From Lachnospiraceae bacterium (GTDB lineage Bacteria; Bacillota; Clostridia; Lachnospirales; Lachnospiraceae): a stretch of 64,000 nucleotides of DNA. How positions within the stretch are numbered: the first letter of the stretch is position 1; the number at the start of each line of letters is the position of its first letter. The notes below the pieces were generated by a model. The model did no database searches and was not told the DNA's origin. It was given only the letters and a program-made list of their open reading frames with translations. Shown here piece by piece: positions 39,277-47,019 of this stretch. The position numbers were made by a program, and so were the translations under genes. The stretch covers positions 906 to 64,905 of the forward strand of contig JAZLGF010000023.1 in NCBI GenBank assembly GCA_045616165.1. The letters are read 5' to 3'.

Positions 39277-40646
39277 TTATACTGTCTGTTTTTTTTAATC
39301 AAATAAATTATTATTCCAATTACACAACCTATTGCAGATGGAACAACCCAACCAAGTCCTATGCTAAAGAATGGTAATATTTTTGATGCAAAATTTGATA
39401 TTGCATCAAGAAAGGCTGTGTTTTGAACTCCTGCTCCTTGTAATGTTGACGAAAGTGCATTTATAAAATCAAATATTGCCGCTACAAGCGCAAAGGCTGT
39501 AGTCCATACATATATTGTTTTGTCATGATTAAAGAATCTTCCAAATATTGCAAGCAAGATAAGTGTAATTGCGAGTGGATATAAAAACATTAAAACCGGA
39601 ACGCAAAATGCCACGATTGATGATAATCCAAAGTTTGCAATTCCAAACGAAACAACGCAAAAGATTATTGTCCAAATAGAATATTTTGGTCCTTTTGGAA
39701 ACATTTGTGTAAAAGCCGTAGCGCAACTTGTAATTAAGCCTATTGCTGTCTTTAAGCATGCAAAAGTAACAATTATTGTTATTAACCATGATCCAGCAAT
39801 TCCAAAATAATGATTTGCTACTACGCCTAAAATAGAACCTCCATCTTCACACCCTGCGCATATAGAAGAACTATTTGCACAAACAAGTGTAATAAAGAAA
39901 TAAATCAGTCCCATAAATAAACAACTAAAAATTCCACTTAGGCCTGTATGCTTTGCAATTTTGTCCGGATCTTTTTCTCCAAAAAGTTTTATTGTATCAA
40001 CAACTATTATACCGAATGCTAATCCCGCAAGTGCATCAAGCGTATTGTATCCTTCTAAAAATCCTGTGAAAAAGGCGCTTCCACCGCTTATGTAATTTTC
40101 CGTGCTTGGAACATTTTGAAAACTTTCAACAGGATTAATCAAAGCTACAATAATTAAAACCGCAAGGAAAACTAAAAATGCTGGATTTAATATTCTGCCT
40201 ATCCATGTCATGATTTTTGCCGGACGAAGTGAAAAGAAAAGTACCGCTACAAAAAACACAAATGAAAAAATTGCAAGTGCTAATGTTTCATTTCCCTTTA
40301 TCAAATTTACAGCACCAACTGAAAACGATGTGCTGGCACAACGTGGTGCCGCAAATAGCGGTCCTATTGTAAGATAAAGCAATAAGCAAAAGAATATACT
40401 ATACTTCTTCCCTACCTTAGCAGCTAAACCAACAACACCGTTGCTTCTACTTATTCCTATAGCAACAACGGATAATAAAGGAAGCCCAACAGCCGTAATA
40501 AACATACCAATGTAAGCCAAAATCATATTACCGCCAGCTTCAACGCCAAGTTTAGCTGGAAAAATTAAATTTCCTGCGCCAAAAAACATGCCAAAAAGCA
40601 TACTTACAATTATTATTCTTCTTCTAAGGTTAAATCGTGATTTCAT
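39264..40646 (-). CDS. brnQ: Branched-chain amino acid transport system II carrier protein
   Basis: 460-aa 12-TM ORF. N-terminus ...GMFFGAGNLIFPAKLG is typical of the BrnQ/LIVCS family. Confidence 0.85.
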   Translation of the reverse strand: MKSRFNLRRRIIIVSMLFGMFFGAGNLIFPAKLGVEAGGNMILAYIGMFITAVGLPLLSVVAIGISRSNGVVGLAAKVGKKYSIFFCLLLYLTIGPLFAAPRCASTSFSVGAVNLIKGNETLALAIFSFVFFVAVLFFSLRPAKIMTWIGRILNPAFLVFLAVLIIVALINPVESFQNVPSTENYISGGSAFFTGFLEGYNTLDALAGLAFGIIVVDTIKLFGEKDPDKIAKHTGLSGIFSCLFMGLIYFFITLVCANSSSICAGCEDGGSILGVVANHYFGIAGSWLITIIVTFACLKTAIGLITSCATAFTQMFPKGPKYSIWTIIFCVVSFGIANFGLSSIVAFCVPVLMFLYPLAITLILLAIFGRFFNHDKTIYVWTTAFALVAAIFDFINALSSTLQGAGVQNTAFLDAISNFASKILPFFSIGLGWVVPSAIGCVIGIIIYLIKKNRQYKWMN

Positions 40647-40809
40647 TATTTTTCCTTTATTATTTTGTATATTATTGATTATTTATAACATCCAAGATGA
40701 TTTTACTATATTATTATTTTTTATTCAAAATCTTTTACTCGCTTGAAAAAAAATCTTTATTATAATAACATACTAAAGAATTAAATAAATTATAAGGAAG
40801 GAACATAAT

Positions 40810-41352
40810 ATGAACGCATTAAAAACTTTTTACAACAAAAAATTCTGGTGGGTATATCTTGTACTTGGAATTTTAATTACTTTACTTGGTGTATTTTTCG
40901 TTGTTTCACCATTAGTTGGATTAGCCATTGAAGTATTATTAATCGAAATTTTATACCTTGTTGCTGGAATTGGTGGAATAGTTTCTTCTATCATGGGTAG
41001 AAAAAATATGCCTGCATGGCCAGCTTCACTCGCATTCTTTATAATACTTACAATTCTTGGTATTATTCTTATATCTACACCTGGGCTTGGTGAATTAATG
41101 TTAGTAATCTTTACAACAGCTGGTTTTTTATTAAGTGGTATCAACATGATTATTAGAGCTTGTAGCATTAAAGGAGAATGCTGGGGATTAACACTTGCTC
41201 TTGGTATCATTGTTACCTTAGCAGCACTTAGTTTAATGGGTAATTTCTTTTTAGGATTAGAATTTACAGTTATTCTTCAAACAATATCAATTATTGCTTT
41301 TGGCATTTCATGTATCACATTATCAGTTCAAATTAAAGATATGCCGCTATAA
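40810..41352 (+). CDS. HdeD/DUF308 family membrane protein
   Basis: 180-aa ORF with six predicted TM helices and the repeated DUF308-like pattern. Confidence 0.6.
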   Translation: MNALKTFYNKKFWWVYLVLGILITLLGVFFVVSPLVGLAIEVLLIEILYLVAGIGGIVSSIMGRKNMPAWPASLAFFIILTILGIILISTPGLGELMLVIFTTAGFLLSGINMIIRACSIKGECWGLTLALGIIVTLAALSLMGNFFLGLEFTVILQTISIIAFGISCITLSVQIKDMPL

Positions 41353-41363
41353 AAACGTAACTT

Positions 41364-41401
41364 AAACCGCAATTGGCAAATTGCTGATTGCGGTTTTTTT
41401 T
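41364..41401 (+). terminator. Rho-independent terminator
   Basis: Stem CCGCAAT/ATTGCGG (41367-41373 / 41387-41393), followed by TTTTTTTT. Confidence 0.8.
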
Positions 41402-41407
41402 GCCTTC

Positions 41408-41451
41408 TTGACTTTATCGCTTTACCATGCTACCATGGTAGCACGATAAAG
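41408..41451 (+). promoter_or_regulatory. Predicted promoter with overlapping nested palindromic operator upstream of the amino-acid ABC operon
   Basis: TTGACT lies at 41408-41413 and TACCAT lies 17 nt downstream. A perfect 14-bp palindrome GCTACCATGGTAGC (41429-41442) is nested in the inverted repeat CTTTATCG/CGATAAAG (41412-41419 / 41444-41451). Confidence 0.45.
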
Positions 41452-41474
41452 TTCTTTGTATCAGGAGGAAAAAT

Positions 41475-42269
41475 ATGAAAAAATTATTTCTAATATTATT
41501 ATCTGTTCTTTTAGTAATGTCATTATGTGCATGTAGCTCAGGAAGTAAAAAATCTGATGATGATAAAACATTTATTATGGGTATTGACCCGGAGTATCCT
41601 CCATTTAGTTATATGGATGATGATGGTGAATATACAGGTTTTGACGTTGAAGTATGTAAAGCTGCTTGTGATCTTTTAGGATATGATTTTGAAATTTTCG
41701 CTGTTAACTGGGACGAAAAACTTATTCAATTAGATGCTAATGAATGTGATTGCATTTGGTCGGGTATGACTTTACTTGATTCGATGGCAGAAGAAGGATA
41801 TGTTCTTTCTGCTCCTTACTTTGATAATACCCAAGTAATTTTGGTTAAAAAAGATAGTCAAATAAAATCTTCAAAAGATTTAGCAGGAAAGGTAGTCTCT
41901 GTTCAACTAGGTACTTCTGGAGAAAATTTATTAAACGAAGATCTTTCTGACTTAAAGGATACTTTTGCTGAACTAGTTACATGTGATAGCTTTCTTAAAT
42001 GCTTCGCCGAACTCGGTGGAGATGCTGTAGACGCTGTTGTTGTTGATGCTCCGGTCGCTAAAGCTTTTGTCAGTGAAAACGAGGAATATGTTGTATTAGA
42101 TGAAAATCTTGGTTCAGAACAATATGGTATTGCTTTCCGCTCTGCTGACCAAAAGCTTTGTGATGACATCGAAAAAGCAGTGGCGGAATTAGTAGATAAT
42201 GGTACATATGCAAAGATTGCCGAGAAATACGGAAACGAAGTTTCTAATAACCTTATATTTATAAATTAA
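41475..42269 (+). CDS. Amino acid ABC transporter substrate-binding lipoprotein (family 3 SBP)
   Basis: Lipobox SLCACSS. The pattern IMGIDPEYPPFSYMDDDGEYTGFDVEV is typical of polar amino acid binding proteins. Confidence 0.85.
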   Translation: MKKLFLILLSVLLVMSLCACSSGSKKSDDDKTFIMGIDPEYPPFSYMDDDGEYTGFDVEVCKAACDLLGYDFEIFAVNWDEKLIQLDANECDCIWSGMTLLDSMAEEGYVLSAPYFDNTQVILVKKDSQIKSSKDLAGKVVSVQLGTSGENLLNEDLSDLKDTFAELVTCDSFLKCFAELGGDAVDAVVVDAPVAKAFVSENEEYVVLDENLGSEQYGIAFRSADQKLCDDIEKAVAELVDNGTYAKIAEKYGNEVSNNLIFIN

Positions 42270-42281
42270 AGAGGTCTGATT

Positions 42282-42932
42282 ATGAGTTTATGGGTTATTA
42301 TCTTAAAAATGAGTGAAGGATTAGGAAAAACATGTGCAATATTTTTTCTAACTCTGATATTTTCTCTCCCACTTGGAATGATTGTTGCTCTTTTAAGAAT
42401 GAGTAAAAATAAGATTATCTCGTCAATAACAAGATTCTTTATATCTATACTTCGTGGGACTCCTTTAATGTTGCAATTAATTGCGATTACGTATGGGCCT
42501 TACTACCTCTTTGGTTTTGGTGTGTCTAGAAATAAATTGATTCCTGTTATAATCGCTTTTTCAATAAACTATGCTGCTTATTTTGCTGAAATATATAGGA
42601 GCGGAATTGAATCAACACCAAAAGGTCAGTTCGAAGCTGCAAAAGTTCTTGGTTACAATAAGATCCAAACCTTTATACGAATAATAATCCCACAGGTTAT
42701 TAAAAGAATACTCCCTAGTATCACTAACGAAGTCGTTACACTTGTAAAAGATACATCTTTAGCTTTTACAGTTTCCTATCAAGAAATGTTTACGATTGGA
42801 AAACAAATTGCTAATTCACAAACAAGTTTTGTTCCTTTTGTAGTTGCTGGTTTGTTTTATTTTGTCTTTAATGCACTCGTTGATGCAGGTATGGGAAAAG
42901 TTGAAAAATCTTTTCGTTATTATGCAATTTAA
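42282..42932 (+). CDS. Amino acid ABC transporter permease
   Basis: 216-aa membrane ORF with an EAA-like loop (FEAAKVLGYNKIQTFIRIIIPQ). Confidence 0.85.
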   Translation: MSLWVIILKMSEGLGKTCAIFFLTLIFSLPLGMIVALLRMSKNKIISSITRFFISILRGTPLMLQLIAITYGPYYLFGFGVSRNKLIPVIIAFSINYAAYFAEIYRSGIESTPKGQFEAAKVLGYNKIQTFIRIIIPQVIKRILPSITNEVVTLVKDTSLAFTVSYQEMFTIGKQIANSQTSFVPFVVAGLFYFVFNALVDAGMGKVEKSFRYYAI

Positions 42933-42941
42933 GGTGACTTT

Positions 42942-43628
42942 ATGAAAATAGTTGAGATGAAAAATATAAAAAAATCTTTTGGTCAAACGCTAGTACTAAA
43001 AGATATAAGTATAAGTGTAAACTCATCAGAAGTTGTCTCAATTATTGGGCCTTCTGGCTCTGGTAAGTCTACTCTGCTTCGTTGTGCAACTTTTCTTGAA
43101 AAAATAGATAGCGGAACCATTTCCTATAACGGTACTCCTGGGCTTGTTTTTCAGAACTTCAATTTATTTCCACACTATAATGTATTAAAAAATATTATTG
43201 ATGCTCCTATTTTAATTAAAAAAACAAAAAAAGAAAAAGCAATAGAAAGTGCAATGTTACTCTTAAAAAAAATGGGGCTTGAAGGAAAAGAAAAAGCATA
43301 TCCATGCGAGTTATCTGGTGGTCAACAACAACGTGTCGCCATAGCAAGAGCTCTTGCAATGGAACCAGATATTTTATTTTTTGATGAACCTACAAGCGCT
43401 CTGGATCCTGAACTTACGGGCGAAGTACTTAAAGTAATTAAACAACTCGCATCAGAAAAAATGACTATGGTAATAGTTACCCATGAAATGGCTTTTGCAA
43501 AAGCTGTTTCTGATAAAGTTATTTTTATGGATAATGGTCAAATAATAGAAGAAGGTGCGCCTTTAGATGTTTTTGACAATCCATCTTGCGAGCGCACCCG
43601 TCAATTCTTAAGAAATTACAATCAATAA
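42942..43628 (+). CDS. Amino acid ABC transporter ATP-binding protein
   Basis: Walker [10 protein letters not shown], signature [15 protein letters not shown], Walker [13 protein letters not shown]. Confidence 0.9.
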   Translation: MKIVEMKNIKKSFGQTLVLKDISISVNSSEVVSIIGPSGSGKSTLLRCATFLEKIDSGTISYNGTPGLVFQNFNLFPHYNVLKNIIDAPILIKKTKKEKAIESAMLLLKKMGLEGKEKAYPCELSGGQQQRVAIARALAMEPDILFFDEPTSALDPELTGEVLKVIKQLASEKMTMVIVTHEMAFAKAVSDKVIFMDNGQIIEEGAPLDVFDNPSCERTRQFLRNYNQ

Positions 43629-43629
43629 A

Positions 43630-45303
43630 TTATTTTTCTTTTTTCTGCTTGTATTCAAGACAAAGCATTGTGATATCGTCAAATTGTGGTGCATCACCAA
43701 CAAATTCATCAATATCTTCTTTGATAGCTGGAAGCAAATCAGTAACCGATTTATCAATATTAGCATTAAGTGCTTTTTCTAATCTATCCATGCCATAAAG
43801 TTGATTATTTGCGTCAGTAGCTTCTGTAACACCATCTGTGTATTGATATAATCTATCGCCTGGTTCAAGCATAAATACATCTGATTTATATACCATATCT
43901 TCCATACCTGCAAGTACTAGGCCTGGTTTAATCTTATGAGCTATAAAACTTCCGTCTTTCTTACAAATAAATGGCATCTCATGTCCAGCATTAGCATATC
44001 TAAATTCTCCTGTTTCAAGGTCTAATATACCTTCAAATACTGTAACGAATAAGCCTTCACTATTTGATTCGCAAAGAAGCTGATTAACTTCTGTAAAGAT
44101 TTCACCCAAATCTCTTCCTGGTTGTGTATGGTCTTTAAGAAGTGTCTTTGCAATAACCATGAACAATGCGGCTGGAACTCCCTTACCTGAAACGTCAGCC
44201 ATAACGATTGCAAGATGTGTATCATCTACCATAAAGAAGTCATAGAAATCTCCTCCAACTTCCTTGGCTGTATGCATTGTTGCATAAATATCAAACTCGC
44301 TATTATCCGGAAAAGCTGGGAAAATGCATGGAAGCATTGAGTACTGGATATGTGTTGCAACATCAAGCTCTGCTCCAATTCTTTCTTTATCTCTAAGGGA
44401 TTCAACCATTTCGTTAACGCTTTGCGCAATTTTGCCAATCTCATCCTTAGATTTTACAACAAGTGGATCTTCTGGAAATTCTCCAGTACCAATAAGTTCA
44501 AGTCTTGCTGTAATCTTTTTGATTGATGAAATCATAACTGTAATAATAATTGCAAGTCCAACACTCATAAGTACTAACATAAAAACTAAAAGAATAGCTG
44601 TTCTTGCTCTTTCTTTTGAAATGAATCCATCCATTTCTTCTATGCTTCGTCCAACAACGATTGCTCCAACAGTATTATCTCTTACGTCTTTAAGTAATTC
44701 ATAACGACAATAAATCATTCGTCCGTTAACGTTTGCCTCACCCGCATAAACGCCATCTTCGCTGCTCTCTAATATATCGGCAACTTTTTTGTCCATATAT
44801 GTTCCTGTGATATCTTCACCATTTGGACCTTTAGTTGTTCCTGCTACTCTTAAATAATGGCCTTGCATATAACCGCCGGATTCAACATATTCTAATTCAT
44901 CATCATTATCAGTTTTAACGAATGTGTAGAAAAATGTCCCCGTAACTTCTTCACAACGATAGAAGGTTTCTGTTCTTGCATGCTCTACTGTTCCATCACC
45001 AACCAATCTATCTCCCATATACAATGCGCCATCTCTTTTATTCCAGTTAGATGCAAATTGTCCTAGTTCGTCACGAAGATATCTAATATCTGCCGCCAAG
45101 CGATCATTAACAAGATTATGCTCTAAATCCTCTAATGAGTCTGTTAATAATAAAAGGCTAAAAACAAGTAATAAAATACCTGCAACAGCAACTGATAAAG
45201 CAAGCTTAAATCTTATACTTCTATAAAACGGAACCTTTCGTACGCCATCATCCGTTATGATAGTTTTGATTTTTTTAATTAACTTCTCAAAAACTTTTTT
45301 CAT
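43630..45303 (-). CDS. Membrane-anchored sensor PP2C-type (SpoIIE/RsbU-like) serine phosphatase with extracytoplasmic domain and HAMP linker
   Basis: 557-aa ORF with two TM segments flanking a ~190-aa external domain, then a HAMP-like segment. The phosphatase core carries VMADVSGKGVPAALFMV. Confidence 0.8.
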   Translation of the reverse strand: MKKVFEKLIKKIKTIITDDGVRKVPFYRSIRFKLALSVAVAGILLLVFSLLLLTDSLEDLEHNLVNDRLAADIRYLRDELGQFASNWNKRDGALYMGDRLVGDGTVEHARTETFYRCEEVTGTFFYTFVKTDNDDELEYVESGGYMQGHYLRVAGTTKGPNGEDITGTYMDKKVADILESSEDGVYAGEANVNGRMIYCRYELLKDVRDNTVGAIVVGRSIEEMDGFISKERARTAILLVFMLVLMSVGLAIIITVMISSIKKITARLELIGTGEFPEDPLVVKSKDEIGKIAQSVNEMVESLRDKERIGAELDVATHIQYSMLPCIFPAFPDNSEFDIYATMHTAKEVGGDFYDFFMVDDTHLAIVMADVSGKGVPAALFMVIAKTLLKDHTQPGRDLGEIFTEVNQLLCESNSEGLFVTVFEGILDLETGEFRYANAGHEMPFICKKDGSFIAHKIKPGLVLAGMEDMVYKSDVFMLEPGDRLYQYTDGVTEATDANNQLYGMDRLEKALNANIDKSVTDLLPAIKEDIDEFVGDAPQFDDITMLCLEYKQKKEK

Positions 45304-45320
45304 ACTTTTCCTTTATTAAA

Positions 45321-46070
45321 TTATTCTTTAAGGTCAGCAAGATTTAATACACAAATATTATTGACACTAGCATTGCCTTCTAAATCTTTATAAACTGATA
45401 TTACATATGCGTTTGCAACAGGGTTAGCTGTAACCATTGTGCCTTTTGCCAGATATGCAAGATTTTCTCCAGCAACAACCTGAGTTCCTAAAACTGTAAC
45501 TGGTGTATATCCAACTCCAGTTAATCCTTCTAATGCTTTATTGAAGGTATCTGTATCTTCACTAGATACATCCGCCATCTTATCCATATCTTCAAAAACA
45601 GTCCATCCACCTGCTAAACCAGTTTCTGGGGCTGCACCAGAATTTTCTTTAGAAGTTAATGACTCAAGGTCAAGCTCTTTTACAGAAGTAATGCTTGAGT
45701 TTCCTTCAAGGTCTGCATAAACAACAACCGCTGCCAACTTAACAACAGGGTTTTGTGTAACTAATGTTTCTCTTGCAATGAACATATAATTTGTTCCAGC
45801 AACAAGCTGCGTTCCAATAAGCGCAACTGGTTCATATCCTGCACCGGCCATTCCTTCCATTGCTCCAGTCCAAGCAGTAGCAGCTTCCTGAGGCATCGTT
45901 GTAAGAGAATTTTCTGAATTTATTTGCCATCCTCCTGCGTGTTCTTCTTCCTGTGGAATCGGATCGGTTGGAATAGGTTCATCCTCTTTTTTATTACAAC
46001 CTACCAATCCTATAATAAGAATCAACGATAATGTAATTATTAATATTTTTTTCATTATAACCTCCTCCAA
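45321..46070 (-). CDS. Lipoprotein with two tandem stefin/cystatin-like domains
   Basis: Lipobox LVGCNK. Two ~95-aa repeats each start with GGW and contain GTQLVAGTNYMF or GTQVVAGENLAY, which match the QxVxG loop. Compare stefin A/B QVVAGTNYYIKV. Confidence 0.6.
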   Translation of the reverse strand: MEEVIMKKILIITLSLILIIGLVGCNKKEDEPIPTDPIPQEEEHAGGWQINSENSLTTMPQEAATAWTGAMEGMAGAGYEPVALIGTQLVAGTNYMFIARETLVTQNPVVKLAAVVVYADLEGNSSITSVKELDLESLTSKENSGAAPETGLAGGWTVFEDMDKMADVSSEDTDTFNKALEGLTGVGYTPVTVLGTQVVAGENLAYLAKGTMVTANPVANAYVISVYKDLEGNASVNNICVLNLADLKE

Positions 46071-46124
46071 TATTAATAATTAATTCTATCATTTTTTATT
46101 TGCTTAATCTATAAAATATTTTCA

Positions 46125-46661
46125 TTAGTACTCTAAAAGAATATTTTTTATTTCATCAAGTGATGACGCAAAATATATATGTTTTTGTCTTTCTATAGTC
46201 AAAAGTTCTTTTTGAGTCATATGCTCTAATTGCGCTTTTAAATGGTCGTAATAGCCGTTCAGGTTATAAAAAATACATGGCGCTTTTTTTATTTCTAGCG
46301 CAACGGTCGTCATTACCTGGGCAATTTCTTCAAGGGTTCCTACTCCACCTGGAAAAGCAATAAACGCATCTCCAAGTGCTATCATCTTTTGAATTCTTGA
46401 TGAGATATCATCATAAATTAACAGCTCACTTAGTCCGTCATACGCTAAGCCCTGCTCACTAAAATGTTTAGCTTCTACTCCTATTACGTAGCCACCTGCT
46501 TCTAGCGTTTCTTTTGCGAGAATTCCCATAAGGCCTGGGTGCGAGCCACCATATACAAGTTTATGTTCACTCTTTCCAATCCACTTTGAAAAATCTATTA
46601 CCGACTTCGTAATTGTTTCATCATTTCCCGGAGACGATCCTAAAAATACAGTAATATTCAT
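46125..46661 (-). CDS. LOG family protein (TIGR00730; nucleotide 5'-monophosphate nucleosidase/cytokinin riboside phosphoribohydrolase-like)
   Basis: 178-aa ORF with PGGVGTLEE motif and GGSHPGLMG. Confidence 0.85.
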   Translation of the reverse strand: MNITVFLGSSPGNDETITKSVIDFSKWIGKSEHKLVYGGSHPGLMGILAKETLEAGGYVIGVEAKHFSEQGLAYDGLSELLIYDDISSRIQKMIALGDAFIAFPGGVGTLEEIAQVMTTVALEIKKAPCIFYNLNGYYDHLKAQLEHMTQKELLTIERQKHIYFASSLDEIKNILLEY

Positions 46662-46799
46662 TGTTCAACCTTCCCATTAAATGTAATCATGTTTATTATC
46701 GTTCTTTGAAGAATTCTATTTCCTCGCCTAATGGGCCTTTACAAAAAGCATTTTAGCATATTTAAAAAAAGCAAACAAGGAAGATGGGGTGAGTCAGAA

Positions 46800-46834
46800 T
46801 CAAAAAAGGACCAGGTCTTTTGACCTGGTCCTTT
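46800..46834 (-). terminator. Rho-independent (bidirectional-looking) terminator after tRNA-Leu
   Basis: An 11-bp stem AGGACCAGGTC/GACCTGGTCCT (46807-46817 / 46822-46832) flanked by A- and T-runs. Confidence 0.85.
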
Positions 46835-46838
46835 TTCG

Positions 46839-46922
46839 TGCGGAGGATGGGACTTGAACCCACACGCTGTAGCCAGCACAAGATCCTTAGTCTTGCTCGT
46901 CTGCCAGTTCCGACACCTCCGC
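46839..46922 (-). tRNA. tRNA-Leu, anticodon AAG (class II, long variable arm)
   Basis: Hand-folded cloverleaf. Acceptor stem is GCGGAGG/CCUCCGC with discriminator A. The D arm has a 3-bp stem. Anticodon stem is CAAGA/UCUUG with loop C-U-A-A-G-G-A. Variable-arm hairpin is GCUG-GCUA-CAGC. T arm is GUGGG-UUCAAGU-CCCAU. No encoded CCA. Confidence 0.85.
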
Positions 46923-46969
46923 ATTTTACGTAACCCTCAAACGTTTCGCTTAAAAGTCGCGCAAAAGAT

Positions 46970-46997
46970 ATTATAACATAGCATCGCTAAATATCAA
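46970..46997 (-). promoter_or_regulatory. Predicted sigma-A promoter of tRNA-Leu
   Basis: Minus strand reads TTGATA, a 16-nt spacer, then TGT-TATAAT (extended -10), about 45 nt upstream of the mature 5' end. Confidence 0.55.
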
Positions 46998-47019
46998 CAT
47001 TTTTTTAATAATTTTCAAC

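Noticed and set aside
42942-43628. The ABC ATPase seems about 15 residues short between Walker A and the Q-loop ([17 protein letters not shown]).
   Set aside because: All catalytic motifs are intact and the frame is continuous. A shorter variable loop is plausible natural variation and not evidence of a pseudogene.
46739-46924. 61-aa ORF in the supplied track (MRRCRNWQTSKTKDL...).
   Set aside because: It is the translation of the tRNA-Leu gene and its terminator hairpin on the same strand. It has no SD and no coding-like composition.
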